From positions 256,001 to 320,000 of the forward strand of contig CAXXUA010000004.1 of the NCBI GenBank assembly GCA_963663765.2: DNA of 64,000 nucleotides. Direction: 5' to 3'. This DNA comes from Candidatus Poribacteria bacterium. GTDB lineage: Bacteria; Poribacteria; WGA-4E; WGA-3G. Position numbers and translations under genes: made by a program. Every line of letters begins with the position of its first letter. The first letter of the stretch is position 1. Shown in pieces: positions 50,052 through 61,408 of the stretch. The notes below the pieces were generated by a model that was not told the origin of the DNA, did not search any database, and worked only from the letters and a program-made list of their open reading frames with translations.

Positions 50052-51356
50052 ATGAGTAAAATGATAGGACGATTTATAGGCATGTTTGCAGTTACTTTGT
50101 TGATAGGATATTTTGCTGCTGCCGATGACTGGGCGCAATGGCGTGGAACAAATAGAGACGGTGTTTGGAAAGAAACTGATATCATAGATAAATTTGAAGG
50201 TGAAGAAATACCCATACGATGGAGTGTGCCAATTGGAAGTGGATATAGCGGTCCGACCGTCGCCGATGGACGTGTCTATGTCACTGACAGACTCACAAGA
50301 CCAAAACAGGTTGAACGTGTTCTCTGCTTTGATTGGGAATCTGGAGATGAAATCTGGACATATACCTATGATTGCATATATAAAATTGAATATCCTGTAG
50401 GTCCGAGGGCAACGGTGACTATACATGACGGACTCGCTTATGCATTAGGTGCTATGGGACATTTACACTGCTTTGATGCAGCAACTGGTGACATCAAATG
50501 GAAAAAAGACCTAAATACAGAATACGATATCAATATGCCTATATGGGGTATTGCATGCGCACCACTCGTTGAAGATGACTTACTCATCGTCCAAATAGGC
50601 GGAAAACCAGAAGCTTGCGTGGTCGCGTTTGACAGAAAAACTGGTGAGGAGAAGTGGCAAGCACTTGAAGATAACGCTTCTTATGCAGCCCCGATTATAA
50701 TTGAACAGGCTGGAAAACGCGTCTTAATATGCTGGACCGGTTGGAATGTTACCGCACTCAACCCAAAAACAGGTGAATTGCATTGGAAATACCCCATGCC
50801 ACCAACACGATGGGAAATCGGTATCGCAACACCAATCTATAAAAACAATCAGCTATTTGTAACTAACTTCTATGAAGGTGCAGCACTACTAAAACTATCT
50901 ACTGATAAGCTGGATTTTGAACTCGGTTGGCATAGAAAAGGTAAGGATGAAAAAAATACGGATGCACTGCAAACAACTATGTCAACACCAATATGGATCG
51001 GAGATCATATATATGGTGTAGACAGTTATGGAGAATTGAGGTGTCTTGACGCACAGACTGGAGATCGAGTATGGGAAGACCTATCTGCTGTACCGGTCGC
51101 ACGATGGAGTACCATTCAATTTGTCCAAAATGAAGACAAAGTCTGGATGTTTAATGAACGCGGTGAATTGCTGATTACTGAACTTTCTCCAGAAGGACTT
51201 AACATTATCAGTCGTGCCAAATTGATTAAACCGACGCGAGGCCAACTGAACCGAAGAGACGGGGTGACATGGGCGCATCCAGCATTCGCATATAAACACG
51301 TCTTCGCACGAAATGACAAAGAGCTTGTTTGTGCAAGTTTAGAAAAAACAAAATAG
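50052..51356 (+). CDS. PQQ-like beta-propeller protein (secreted)
   Basis: 'DWAQWRG..RDG', 'GYSGPTV' and C-terminal 'WAHPAFA...FARND..LVC'. Confidence 0.9.
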   Translation: MSKMIGRFIGMFAVTLLIGYFAAADDWAQWRGTNRDGVWKETDIIDKFEGEEIPIRWSVPIGSGYSGPTVADGRVYVTDRLTRPKQVERVLCFDWESGDEIWTYTYDCIYKIEYPVGPRATVTIHDGLAYALGAMGHLHCFDAATGDIKWKKDLNTEYDINMPIWGIACAPLVEDDLLIVQIGGKPEACVVAFDRKTGEEKWQALEDNASYAAPIIIEQAGKRVLICWTGWNVTALNPKTGELHWKYPMPPTRWEIGIATPIYKNNQLFVTNFYEGAALLKLSTDKLDFELGWHRKGKDEKNTDALQTTMSTPIWIGDHIYGVDSYGELRCLDAQTGDRVWEDLSAVPVARWSTIQFVQNEDKVWMFNERGELLITELSPEGLNIISRAKLIKPTRGQLNRRDGVTWAHPAFAYKHVFARNDKELVCASLEKTK

Positions 51357-51372
51357 AACTTCTGAGGTAAGA

Positions 51373-54300
51373 ATGGACTCAAAACTCATTACTGGAAATG
51401 GCGGGATCACGCACCCGCGAATTGACCTACAGCAAGGACAAAAACTTCACGGATTTGAAGTCAAAACCATCACTCCTATTGATGAATTGTGTGCAGTGTC
51501 CATACAACTCACACATCCACGCAGCGGTGCAAGTCTGTTACACCTCTATACAGACGACACCAGAAATCTATTTGCAATCAGTCCAATAACACCATCATTT
51601 GATGATACTGGATTACCCCATATCCTTGAGCACTGTGTCATGAGTGGATCTCGTAAATATCCTATAAAAGGCGGTTTCAACGAGGTCATGAAGATGAGTT
51701 TAGCGTCTTATGATAGTACGAATGCAATGAATTGTATCGATTATGGCTTATACTTCGCTTCAAGCAATCTAAAAAAGGACCTGTTTAATCTGGCTGAAGT
51801 CCACTTTGATTCCGTTTTTCATCCTCTTCTTAAAGAGGAGACCTTTAAACGTGAAGGGCATCACCTTGAAGTTATTGATCCAGATCAACCAACAGTAGAT
51901 CTAAAAATTAACGGGATCGTCTACAATGAAGTGAAAATTGGCTTAACTGATCCAGGATACTGTTTAAATTCTTCTGTAAAGAATAACCTTCTACCAGATA
52001 CCTGCTATGTCAACAATGGTGGTGGAAACCCACTCTTTATCCCAGATTTGACTTACGAACAACTGAAAACCTACCACCAAACATACTATCATCCACACAA
52101 CAGTTACTTTTTCTTCTACGGAAATATACCAACACAAGACTATCTCTTATTTCTGGCTGATAAATTGGCAGCTTTACCAAAGTCAGGTACCAATGTGTTA
52201 CCACATCCACTACGACCAGAAATCACACATCAGTCAAGTTGGAAATCTCCGCGAACTGTGAAGGATACTTACCCTATAAGTACGAATGAATCACTCACAG
52301 AAAAGACCTACTTGATGTTGTGTTGGCTCATCGGTGATGCAACAGATCCTGAGACTACTATCTTGTGCGGATTACTCCGCAGGATACTACTCGGTAACGA
52401 AGGAGCGCCACTACGTAAGGCAATTATCAAATCAAAACTTGGTACTGACATACGTTACAATATAGGCGGTGGAAAGTTAGGACCGAATCAAACATTCAGT
52501 GTCGGAATAGTTGGAAGTGAATCAGATCGCGCTAATACTTTCACAGAATTGGTCTTGGATACACTTGTTCAAATTGCAGACTCAGAACTTGACCAAGAAC
52601 TTATAGAAACAGCATTCCGCCAAATCACCTATGACTATCTGGAAGTCACTCCGAGTTACCCTTTTCAGATGGTTATGCGTGTTATGGATACATGGATATA
52701 CCAAAAAGAACCCACCAAATTTCTAAAGATGAGGAAACACCTTGCTGCTGTACTTCAACGTTGGAAGCAAAATTCACAGCTATTTAATGAATTGATCCGT
52801 GAGTGGTTACTTGACAATCCACATCGGTTGACAACTATCCTCACTCCTGACCATGATATGCAGGCAAGACTTGATGCTCAGGAAGAAAATCGTCTGAAAG
52901 CTATCCGCGCACAACTTACAGATGAACAGATGAAACAGATTGCTGCCGATGCCGCTGAACTTGAACATCTTAGTGGTCAACCTAATTCACCGGAGGAATT
53001 AGCAAAGTTACCACAACTGCATATCACAGATCTACCCAAGAAACCCCTTCATATTCCTACCACTCTTGAAGAGATTAACGGTTGTCCTGTGTATCTAAAC
53101 AATATTTTTTCAAACGGTGTGAACTATCTTGTGTTGAACCTTGATTTACAAGGATTGCCGCAACACCTTTGGCAGTATCTGCCCAGTTATACCGATGCAA
53201 TTGACAAACTTGGTACTGGCAAGATGAATTTTGAACAGATGGCACGTCGTAAATCATCAGCCGCAGGAGGATTAGGATGTACACCAAACTTTACAACGCA
53301 TGCACTTAATCCAAAACAATTAGTGTGTGGTATAAAATTTCATCTAAAAACACTTGATGGAAAAATTGAGGATGCGTTGAACGTTCTGCATGACCTGATA
53401 TTTGATATTAACCCACACGATAAAGATAGATTCCACAACGTACTCAATCAAACTGTAACTTCTAAACAAGACTATTACTGGGCACATGTCGCCAACCATC
53501 GCGCAGCCAGTGGACTGTCACATCGCGGTTTTCTCAAAGATATTGTCTACGGACTACCCCGCTTACGCACAAGTGAAATGTTACTCAATAGATTTGACGA
53601 TGCTTATGAAGACCTGACATGTAAAATTGAACAGATTCGAAATTTTTTATTAAACAGAAATCGTATATCAGCAAGTTTTACAGGATCTGTAGCAGCTTTT
53701 GAGGTGTTTCGTGATCGGTTTGCACAATGGATTCACGCCATGCGTGATGAACCAACCAAACCAGTACCGATAGGCTTTAAACAATTTGAGACACCACCAT
53801 GTGATGGCTTAGCTGCTCCTATACCAATTGCACATTGCACAAAGATGATTCCAGCTCCACACTATTCACATCCTGATTCTGTTCTCTTGACAATCGGTTC
53901 ACATATCTTGTTAAATGATTACATGATTCAAGAAATTCGATTAAAAGGAAATGCTTACGGTTTTGCTTTCTCATATAACCCGTTTGAATCCTTGATCTAC
54001 CAAGGCTCGCAACAGGATCCCCACATCGCACGTACTCTTAATGTGTTTGCTAATACAGTTGACTATGTTAAAAAGACGGAATGGACACAGACTGATATTG
54101 ACCGCGCAATTATTGCTAAGTCATCAGACTATCAGCAAACTATTCGTCCCAATCAAGCCTCATCTATTGCACTAACTCACCATCTTGAGGGACAAACACC
54201 AAAAATTATTGAAGAAAAATATGACCAACTGCGCTGCGCAACTCCAAAGGAAGTAAAACGGGCTCTCCTTCAAGTTCTTGAAGAAAACCAAGATAAAGCA

Positions 54301-54384
54301 CCGATCTGTGTCATAGCAAGCCGAGAGAAATTGGAAGAAGAAAATCAGAAATTAGAGCAACCGCTTGTAATTCAGGATATATAA
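51373..54384 (+). CDS. M16C (presequence-protease-like) metallopeptidase, divergent paralog
   Basis: HILEH, 'VYNEV', 'YYHPHN' and 'IRLKGNAYG'. Confidence 0.92.
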   Translation: MDSKLITGNGGITHPRIDLQQGQKLHGFEVKTITPIDELCAVSIQLTHPRSGASLLHLYTDDTRNLFAISPITPSFDDTGLPHILEHCVMSGSRKYPIKGGFNEVMKMSLASYDSTNAMNCIDYGLYFASSNLKKDLFNLAEVHFDSVFHPLLKEETFKREGHHLEVIDPDQPTVDLKINGIVYNEVKIGLTDPGYCLNSSVKNNLLPDTCYVNNGGGNPLFIPDLTYEQLKTYHQTYYHPHNSYFFFYGNIPTQDYLLFLADKLAALPKSGTNVLPHPLRPEITHQSSWKSPRTVKDTYPISTNESLTEKTYLMLCWLIGDATDPETTILCGLLRRILLGNEGAPLRKAIIKSKLGTDIRYNIGGGKLGPNQTFSVGIVGSESDRANTFTELVLDTLVQIADSELDQELIETAFRQITYDYLEVTPSYPFQMVMRVMDTWIYQKEPTKFLKMRKHLAAVLQRWKQNSQLFNELIREWLLDNPHRLTTILTPDHDMQARLDAQEENRLKAIRAQLTDEQMKQIAADAAELEHLSGQPNSPEELAKLPQLHITDLPKKPLHIPTTLEEINGCPVYLNNIFSNGVNYLVLNLDLQGLPQHLWQYLPSYTDAIDKLGTGKMNFEQMARRKSSAAGGLGCTPNFTTHALNPKQLVCGIKFHLKTLDGKIEDALNVLHDLIFDINPHDKDRFHNVLNQTVTSKQDYYWAHVANHRAASGLSHRGFLKDIVYGLPRLRTSEMLLNRFDDAYEDLTCKIEQIRNFLLNRNRISASFTGSVAAFEVFRDRFAQWIHAMRDEPTKPVPIGFKQFETPPCDGLAAPIPIAHCTKMIPAPHYSHPDSVLLTIGSHILLNDYMIQEIRLKGNAYGFAFSYNPFESLIYQGSQQDPHIARTLNVFANTVDYVKKTEWTQTDIDRAIIAKSSDYQQTIRPNQASSIALTHHLEGQTPKIIEEKYDQLRCATPKEVKRALLQVLEENQDKAPICVIASREKLEEENQKLEQPLVIQDI

Positions 54385-54443
54385 CAAATACTTATTGACA
54401 ATCTACTTGTTAGATGTCCGAATAAATAATACTGGAGGAAAGA

Positions 54444-57400
54444 ATGGATACAAAACTCGCAGCTGAAAATGGCGGGACATTACAGCCGCCAATTGAACTA
54501 CAACAAGGACAAAACCTACACGGATTTGAAGTCAAAACTATCACTCCTATAGATGAACTACGAGCAGTAACAATTGAGTTAGTACATCATCATAGCGGGG
54601 CACGGTTACTTCATCTCTATACAGACGACACAGAAAACCTTTTCTCAGTCAGTTTCCCAACACCCCCATCAGACGACACAGGTACTCCCCACATACTTGA
54701 GCATGCTGTCTTAGCAGGATCACATAAATTTCCTGTTAAAGAACCATTCTTTGAAATGATAAAGATGAGCATGGCTACCTTCATTAACGCCATGACAAGT
54801 TCAGACCATACTCTGTACCCCGTAGCAAGCAATGTCAAAAAAGACTTATTTAACCTTGCAGAAGTATACTTTGATGCCGTATTTCACCCATTATTAACAG
54901 AGGAAACTTTCAAACGCGAAGGACACCATCTTGCTCCTGTAGATCCTGAGAACCCAACTGGTGATCTGAAGATTACCGGCATTGTCTACAACGAAATGAA
55001 AGGTGCTTTTTCTAACCCAGAATCACGTTTATATCGCACTTCATCAAACAAACTACTACCCGATACACTCTATGCGAAAGAATCCGGGGGAGACCCTGAT
55101 GCAATTCCTGAACTCACTTATACACAACTCAAGACTTTCCACGAAACCTTTTATCATCCCAGTAACGGATTTTTCTTCTTATATGGTGATATTCCAACAA
55201 GTGATTACCTATCATTTCTTGCTGAAAAACTTGAAAAAATACCAAAAAGCGAAAAAATTGCTTCATTAAAACCACTTAATCCTGATGCTACACGACAACC
55301 ACGATGGAAATCTCCACAGACTGTTAGTGATACATATCCCGTTTCACCCGATGAATCACTTTCTGAAAAAACATACCTGATGCTAAGTTGGCTCATCGGT
55401 GATGCTACGGATCCTGAAGATGTTGTCATGAGTTATATTCTCAGTTTAATACTATTCGGTAATGAAGCAGCACCACTAAAGAAAGCAATAATTGACTCAA
55501 AATTAGGAACAGATCTGATCTCTTCAGGTGTCGGTTCAATTGGTCCGAACAGTACCTTTTATGTTGGCATCAAAGGAAGTGAAAAAGACCGAACTGAAGC
55601 ATTTACATCATTGGTAACCAATACTTTGACACAACTTGCTGAATCAGTGTTCGAAAGCCAATTAGTAGAAGCAGCTTTTCAACAGTCAACCTTATATTAC
55701 CAAGAAGTTTCACCAAATTTCCCACTTCGCATGCTATTCCGAGTGATCAACGCTTGGATATATGAAATCAACTCCGACACATTCCTAAGAATGGGAGAGA
55801 ACCTCGCTACTATCCGTAAACGATGGGAAGAAAGTCCTGCTATTTTCAACGAAATGATTCAGGAACGTTTGTTGGATAACCCTCACAGATTGACCAGCAT
55901 TCTTTCACCTGACCCAACCATGCAAGCAAAAACTGATGCTGAATTGGAGAAACGTACTAAGAACATTCGGGCACAACTCAACGACGATCAAATGCTAAAG
56001 ATCGCTGCTGATGCTGCTGAATTAGACCGTATGAATGGACAACCAAATCCACCTGAAGCTTTAGCAAAGCTACCGCAGCTTAACGTCAACGACCTTCCCG
56101 ATAAACCGAAACATATACCGACAACCATTGACAAGGTTTCTGATCGAGACCTACTACGCAGTGACGTTTTCGCAAATGGGGTCAACTACTTTGTTCTGGA
56201 TATAGATATTCGCGGATTACCAAAACACCTGTGGTCCTATTTACCGAGTTATATTGATGCTATCGACAAACTCGGTGCTGCTGAAATGGATTTCACACAG
56301 ATGGCTCTCCGAAAATCTGCTTTTACTGGCGGCATCGGTTGTGGTGTTGGATTTCGTACACACGCATCGGATGCTAAGCGATCACTTCAAAACGCATACT
56401 TCCATCTCAAAGCACATGATAGCAAAATGAACGAAGCACTTGAAGTCTTACACGATCTCGTTTTTTCTGTAAACCCGCGCGATACAGAACGACTACATGA
56501 TATTATGATTCAAGCTGTCTCAGCGTACCGCACAGGTATGGTTCAAGACGGTTCAGGCACTGCAATCCATCATGCAGCCCGAGGACTTTCACCACAAGGA
56601 CACCTTTCTGAAATCGTCCACGGTCTACCACAACTCAGACAGAGCGAAACCTTACTCAACGGTTTTGACGAACTAAATACCGATCTTATGAGTCAAATAG
56701 AAGAGATAAGAGATTTCTTGCTGAATAGTCAAAGGGTGACTGCAGGATTTGTAGGTTCCGACTCCGCATACACAACAACACGTGATAAACTTAGTGCTTG
56801 GTTGAATGAAATGCGTGATGAACAGGTTGAAACAGTACAGATTGAATATCTACCCTATGATACACCCCCACGCGAAGGGTTAGCAGGACCAATTCAGATC
56901 GCACACTGTGCACATGTTATGCCAGCACCACACTACTCACATCCTGATTCAACATTGATCTCAATTGGAACACACCTCGTGCGGATGGATTATATATTGA
57001 GTGAAATCCGCTTTAAAGGTAATGCCTACGGTGCAAGATTGTCATACAGTGGCTTTGACAGCGCACTATATCAATCCTCATTCAGAGATCCACATGTAGC
57101 ACGCACAATCAATGTATTTGAGCAGACAATAGATTACATCAAGCAGGTAGAATGGACACAAACCGATATTGACCGAGCTATCATTTCATCTGCAAAAGAT
57201 GCTGAAAAACCGATTCGTCCAAGTCAAGCTGTAAGCAATGCACAGTGGTATCACATTAGCGGACAAACAAACGAAATGCGCGAACAACGTTATACTCAAC
57301 TCCGAAGTGCAACCCCAAAAGAAGTAAAACGCTCATTAATTCAACTTTTTGAAGAAAATCTGGATAAAGCAGCTGTTTGTGTCGTTTCAAGTCGTGAAAA

Positions 57401-57461
57401 ACTTGAAGCCGCAAACAATGAATTGTCAAAACCTCTTGAAATTGAAGACATATTAACCTAA
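54444..57461 (+). CDS. M16C (presequence-protease-like) metallopeptidase
   Basis: 'HILEHAVLAGS.KFPVKEPF', 'FINAMT', 'VYNEMKG', 'SGGDP' and 'IRFKGNAYG'. Confidence 0.95.
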   Translation: MDTKLAAENGGTLQPPIELQQGQNLHGFEVKTITPIDELRAVTIELVHHHSGARLLHLYTDDTENLFSVSFPTPPSDDTGTPHILEHAVLAGSHKFPVKEPFFEMIKMSMATFINAMTSSDHTLYPVASNVKKDLFNLAEVYFDAVFHPLLTEETFKREGHHLAPVDPENPTGDLKITGIVYNEMKGAFSNPESRLYRTSSNKLLPDTLYAKESGGDPDAIPELTYTQLKTFHETFYHPSNGFFFLYGDIPTSDYLSFLAEKLEKIPKSEKIASLKPLNPDATRQPRWKSPQTVSDTYPVSPDESLSEKTYLMLSWLIGDATDPEDVVMSYILSLILFGNEAAPLKKAIIDSKLGTDLISSGVGSIGPNSTFYVGIKGSEKDRTEAFTSLVTNTLTQLAESVFESQLVEAAFQQSTLYYQEVSPNFPLRMLFRVINAWIYEINSDTFLRMGENLATIRKRWEESPAIFNEMIQERLLDNPHRLTSILSPDPTMQAKTDAELEKRTKNIRAQLNDDQMLKIAADAAELDRMNGQPNPPEALAKLPQLNVNDLPDKPKHIPTTIDKVSDRDLLRSDVFANGVNYFVLDIDIRGLPKHLWSYLPSYIDAIDKLGAAEMDFTQMALRKSAFTGGIGCGVGFRTHASDAKRSLQNAYFHLKAHDSKMNEALEVLHDLVFSVNPRDTERLHDIMIQAVSAYRTGMVQDGSGTAIHHAARGLSPQGHLSEIVHGLPQLRQSETLLNGFDELNTDLMSQIEEIRDFLLNSQRVTAGFVGSDSAYTTTRDKLSAWLNEMRDEQVETVQIEYLPYDTPPREGLAGPIQIAHCAHVMPAPHYSHPDSTLISIGTHLVRMDYILSEIRFKGNAYGARLSYSGFDSALYQSSFRDPHVARTINVFEQTIDYIKQVEWTQTDIDRAIISSAKDAEKPIRPSQAVSNAQWYHISGQTNEMREQRYTQLRSATPKEVKRSLIQLFEENLDKAAVCVVSSREKLEAANNELSKPLEIEDILT

Positions 57462-57524
57462 ACAAGAATTGTAGAATATCCATTACACGACTTCTACATA
57501 ATAATTAAAGGGAGAACAAAAACA

Positions 57525-58889
57525 ATGAAGAAATTTGGTGTTATACTGATGTGTATCTGTGCATTAGCAATAATCACAGTGTATACAACAAAAACTATTG
57601 CTGATAGTCATAAAGTAAAAAAAGAACAGACAGTCGACTATGAAAATAATTGGCATCACTGGCGGGGTCCAGATACTAACGGTACTGCTGTCAATGCTAA
57701 TCCACCAACAACATGGAACGAAGACAAAAACGTCCGATGGAAAGTACCTATTGAAGGTTTAGGACACGCAACACCTATCATTTGGAAAGATAAGATCTTT
57801 GTCCAAACTGCTATTGAGAGTGCACCAGCAAAGGTGGAATCTGAACCTCCACCTGAAGAAAATCAACGTAGAAGAAGACGAAGAGCTTTACCTACATATA
57901 AATTTGATATTATATGTTTCGACAGAAGTAATGGGGATGTCCTCTGGCAAAAAACACTACGCGAAACCGTACCACATGAAGGCATGCATAACGATTCAAG
58001 TTTCGCTTCTAATTCTCCTGTTACGGATGGCGAATACATCTATGCATACTTTGGATCCCGAGGACTCTACTGCTTAGATATGATGGGTAATATCAAGTGG
58101 GAAAAAGATATTGGAACAATGAGGAAAGCTGGAACTTTCGGCGAAGGAAGTTGTCCCATTATACACGACAATACTATCGTCATTCTACAGGACCACGAAG
58201 ACCAATCCTTTATCACTGCACTTGATAAACGTACCGGAGACGAAATATGGAAGATACTCCGCGACGAACGTACAACATGGACATCACCTATCATCGTTGA
58301 ACATAATGAAATTTCACAAATTATCGTTCCAGCAACAAACAGAACACGCAGCTACGACTTAACAAACGGTGAAGTCATCTGGGAATGTAGTGGAATGACC
58401 CGAAACGTAATCCCATCACCACTATACAAGGATGGACATGTATATATCATCAGTGGTTTCCGAGGTGCGTCACTGCAAGCAATTAACTTGGATCTCGCTA
58501 AAGGTGATATTACCGGTACAGAAGCAGTCGTATGGGAATACGATCGCGACACACCTTACGTCCCTTCACCCATGTTGAGTGGTGACATTATCTATTTCCT
58601 AAAAGGTAATAACGGTATTCTCACAGCAATTGATAGAAATACAGGGCAGGTACATTTCGGACCTGAAAGGGTGAATGGCATATCTGGTGTCTATTCATCA
58701 ATCGCAGGTGTCTCGGATCGTGTCTACATCGCAAGCCGCAACGGCACTGTCGCAGTGCTAAAACACGGACCGACGCTTGAAATTATCGCGCAGAATAAAC
58801 TTGATGATAGTTTCAACGCATCACCCGTAATCGTCGGTTCAGAGTTATTCCTGCGTGGCAAAGAACATCTCTACTGCATCGCAGAGTAA
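57525..58889 (+). CDS. PQQ-like beta-propeller protein (secreted)
   Basis: 'NWHHWRGP', 'SPVTDG', 'PYVPSP' and 'FNASP...LFLRG..HLYCI'. Confidence 0.9.
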   Translation: MKKFGVILMCICALAIITVYTTKTIADSHKVKKEQTVDYENNWHHWRGPDTNGTAVNANPPTTWNEDKNVRWKVPIEGLGHATPIIWKDKIFVQTAIESAPAKVESEPPPEENQRRRRRRALPTYKFDIICFDRSNGDVLWQKTLRETVPHEGMHNDSSFASNSPVTDGEYIYAYFGSRGLYCLDMMGNIKWEKDIGTMRKAGTFGEGSCPIIHDNTIVILQDHEDQSFITALDKRTGDEIWKILRDERTTWTSPIIVEHNEISQIIVPATNRTRSYDLTNGEVIWECSGMTRNVIPSPLYKDGHVYIISGFRGASLQAINLDLAKGDITGTEAVVWEYDRDTPYVPSPMLSGDIIYFLKGNNGILTAIDRNTGQVHFGPERVNGISGVYSSIAGVSDRVYIASRNGTVAVLKHGPTLEIIAQNKLDDSFNASPVIVGSELFLRGKEHLYCIAE

Positions 58890-58926
58890 AAAGTAATTTT
58901 ACTTAGTAGACTTTGGAATTAATTGG

Positions 58927-58972
58927 ACACCAGTGTTAGGTTCGGTTAGGAAACCGAACCTAACACTGGTGT
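58927..58972. repeat. Perfect 21-bp-stem palindrome (REP-derived; possible terminator)
   Basis: ACACCAGTGTTAGGTTCGGTT-AGGA-AACCGAACCTAACACTGGTGT, 37 bp after a stop codon. Confidence 0.8.
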
Positions 58973-59054
58973 TGCAGCACAAACCTTTAGTTTGTTTCCA
59001 CATCTGTACATACTAAATGAAGACTAATAAATTAGGTAATTTTATCTAACCCAC

Positions 59055-59282
59055 CCTGGTATGCGGGGAATGAAAAAAGAAGCATGCGCTTATGGCATGC
59101 TCCATGATTCATACCCGGGGAAGGCTAAAAGGCATTCATACCCGGGGAATGCCTAAATGGCATTCATACCTTTGATTTCTTGATTTGGCGTTTTGTAAGT
59201 GCGTTATAAACCATAAATATTATGAACATTACATCATTTTCGTAAGAATTCTTGATTAAATCAAAAAACAGCGTAAGTCCTG
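59055..59282. mobile_element. Degenerate CAGGACTTACGCA-family MITE with stacked hairpin modules
   Basis: One end GCGTAAGTCCTG; three GGGGAA(T)G...ATTCATACC hairpins in tandem; the other end is lost. Confidence 0.7.
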
Positions 59283-59430
59283 AAAGATTCTGATACGATA
59301 TTTTACAAATTCATCAAATTTTTCAAAATTAAAACACACCACTATTCATGTTTGAAATACCATATTTCTGTAGGAGCTTCCACTCGGTTATTACACGAAG
59401 GATGCTCCAGTAAATAAACAAGGATTTAAA

Positions 59431-61254
59431 ATGACACGTTTTCTTACGATTATTGGTATCGGAATTATAATATTCACTTGTTCAAGTTGTTCGACGGATG
59501 AAGATCCTTCAGATGTAGATTCCATAATGATACCTGACACTTCAGAAGAAGCCCCGAATATAATAGAAATGTTGGGTGTCGCTCTTCTCAGCGATGATGT
59601 CGTGTTAGAAGATATGCATGCAATGGAAATTGAAGAGTTTGAAGATAAAACACCTGTGCAAATTGTAACTGTTCTTGAAGGTACGCAACGTGTGACAATC
59701 AATGCACACTTTCGGGGAATACGTAATTTCGGATTCGGGTTTCCATTGTATGAATGTGAACTTATGTCTGAAGATGTTGAGAAAATGGGGGGTATCGCAT
59801 CAGGTATGTCAGGAAGTCCAGTAGGTCCCCCTGGAAAAGTAATGGGTGCACTAGCTTACGGCGACTACTTCGCTTCTGCTCCAACACGGTTCTGGGTGAC
59901 ACCAATAGACGCAATGGAGTCATTACGGGAACATCAAACCTTCGGTGATGAATTAGAAGAACGCCTTGCGGCTGCACCATCTGGAAAGATAAATTCTGTA
60001 TATGCCCCAGTGAAAACACCGCTAATGATTACTGGTATCAATCCAAGCAGACTTGAACACCTGTCAACATATCTTAAAGGTTCACGATTCGATCATTTTG
60101 ACATTTTTGCTGGTATAGGTGGAGTTCCTGCAGCACCCGTAGTGGATAGAAAATTGATGGCGGGAGATATGATTGGGGTTGCTATTGCAACAGGAGATGT
60201 CGTCAATGCTATCGGGTTCGGTACATTAACGCAAATCTATGATGATGATACTTTTGTTGCATTTGGACACCCGTTTTCATCATTTGGTGACGGCAAGACC
60301 TCGCTACCAGTATATAGAGCAGTTGTCAATGGACTTGTACCAAATCTCCAAAGTTCTTACAAATCTGTATCGGCTTATGGTGACCCAATCGGCACTATCA
60401 CGAAAGACCTTGTACCAGCGATAGTTGGACAAATCGGGGTCATACCAGAAACGATACCATTCAATATAACATATCAGAGAGCTGAAAAAGTCATAAAGAA
60501 AGAACACGAAGTCTCTTATGGATACGAACTGTATATACCAATAATTGCTGCAGTTACGCAGGACGCAATCCGTTTAGAAACAAGTCCAACCACAGTTGAA
60601 GTGACTATCAAACTTGAATTCAAAGAGTCACAGAATAGCTACTCAGAAACATTTATAAGCGTTTCTGATGACTCATATTTTGATATTCTCTTTAGAACAC
60701 AAAGAATTATTTCTACTTTTACGGATATTTTCAATAACACAACTGAGAAAGCTACATTGACATCGGTAGAGATGACAATTGAAGAGAAACCAGAAATTAT
60801 GCTCGCGACAATTCAGGAAGTGATTATGTCTGATGAAATTGTTCGTGGCACATCCACCACTGTTACTGTTGTTTTGCTGCCTCATTGGAGCGCCATTCAG
60901 GATGAAGAACGGAAAATAGAAAAGCAGGTAACACTTGAGATCCCTCAGGATCATCCTTTGGGTGATGCTTGGATCACTGTTTACGCTGAAGATTATTATG
61001 ACCCATTTTTTAGCATTTTCTTTGATGACGATTCTGATTCGGATTCTGATATGCTACCTGAGAACCTTGATGAACTTATTGAACAACTGGAAGAAAACCA
61101 GAACGAATCCCCCAGCATCATTACAATAGTTCTTTCGGATGAGATTATTTCTACGTATGATATAATCTCATCTGATGAACCTCAAAACACCATTACGGTC
61201 AATGGTTTTATTGTCACTGGGAGAAAGTCAGAATCAGTTAAGATTACACAATAA
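59431..61254 (+). CDS. SpoIVB-like peptidase S55 domain lipoprotein
   Basis: 'GGIASGMSGSPV...GKVMGALAYG', 'VTPIDAM' and 'GTLT..AFGHPF'; acidic C-terminus. Confidence 0.85.
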   Translation: MTRFLTIIGIGIIIFTCSSCSTDEDPSDVDSIMIPDTSEEAPNIIEMLGVALLSDDVVLEDMHAMEIEEFEDKTPVQIVTVLEGTQRVTINAHFRGIRNFGFGFPLYECELMSEDVEKMGGIASGMSGSPVGPPGKVMGALAYGDYFASAPTRFWVTPIDAMESLREHQTFGDELEERLAAAPSGKINSVYAPVKTPLMITGINPSRLEHLSTYLKGSRFDHFDIFAGIGGVPAAPVVDRKLMAGDMIGVAIATGDVVNAIGFGTLTQIYDDDTFVAFGHPFSSFGDGKTSLPVYRAVVNGLVPNLQSSYKSVSAYGDPIGTITKDLVPAIVGQIGVIPETIPFNITYQRAEKVIKKEHEVSYGYELYIPIIAAVTQDAIRLETSPTTVEVTIKLEFKESQNSYSETFISVSDDSYFDILFRTQRIISTFTDIFNNTTEKATLTSVEMTIEEKPEIMLATIQEVIMSDEIVRGTSTTVTVVLLPHWSAIQDEERKIEKQVTLEIPQDHPLGDAWITVYAEDYYDPFFSIFFDDDSDSDSDMLPENLDELIEQLEENQNESPSIITIVLSDEIISTYDIISSDEPQNTITVNGFIVTGRKSESVKITQ

Positions 61255-61257
61255 ATA

Positions 61258-61331
61258 CAGGACTTACGCAATAAACAGTAGGCGGAGAATGTATAAATGG
61301 CATTCATACAGTTGTTGATTTGGTAAGTCCT
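61258..61331. mobile_element. Short degenerate CAGGACTTACGCA-family element
   Basis: CAGGACTTACGCA ... GTAAGTCCT, with a GTAGGCGGAGAATG hairpin. Confidence 0.6.
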
Positions 61332-61408
61332 TGTTCAAACAATTTGGTTTTGCAAACTCAATACCAATTAAAAATAAACTTTCATTAACACCATCAACTG
61401 ATAATTCT

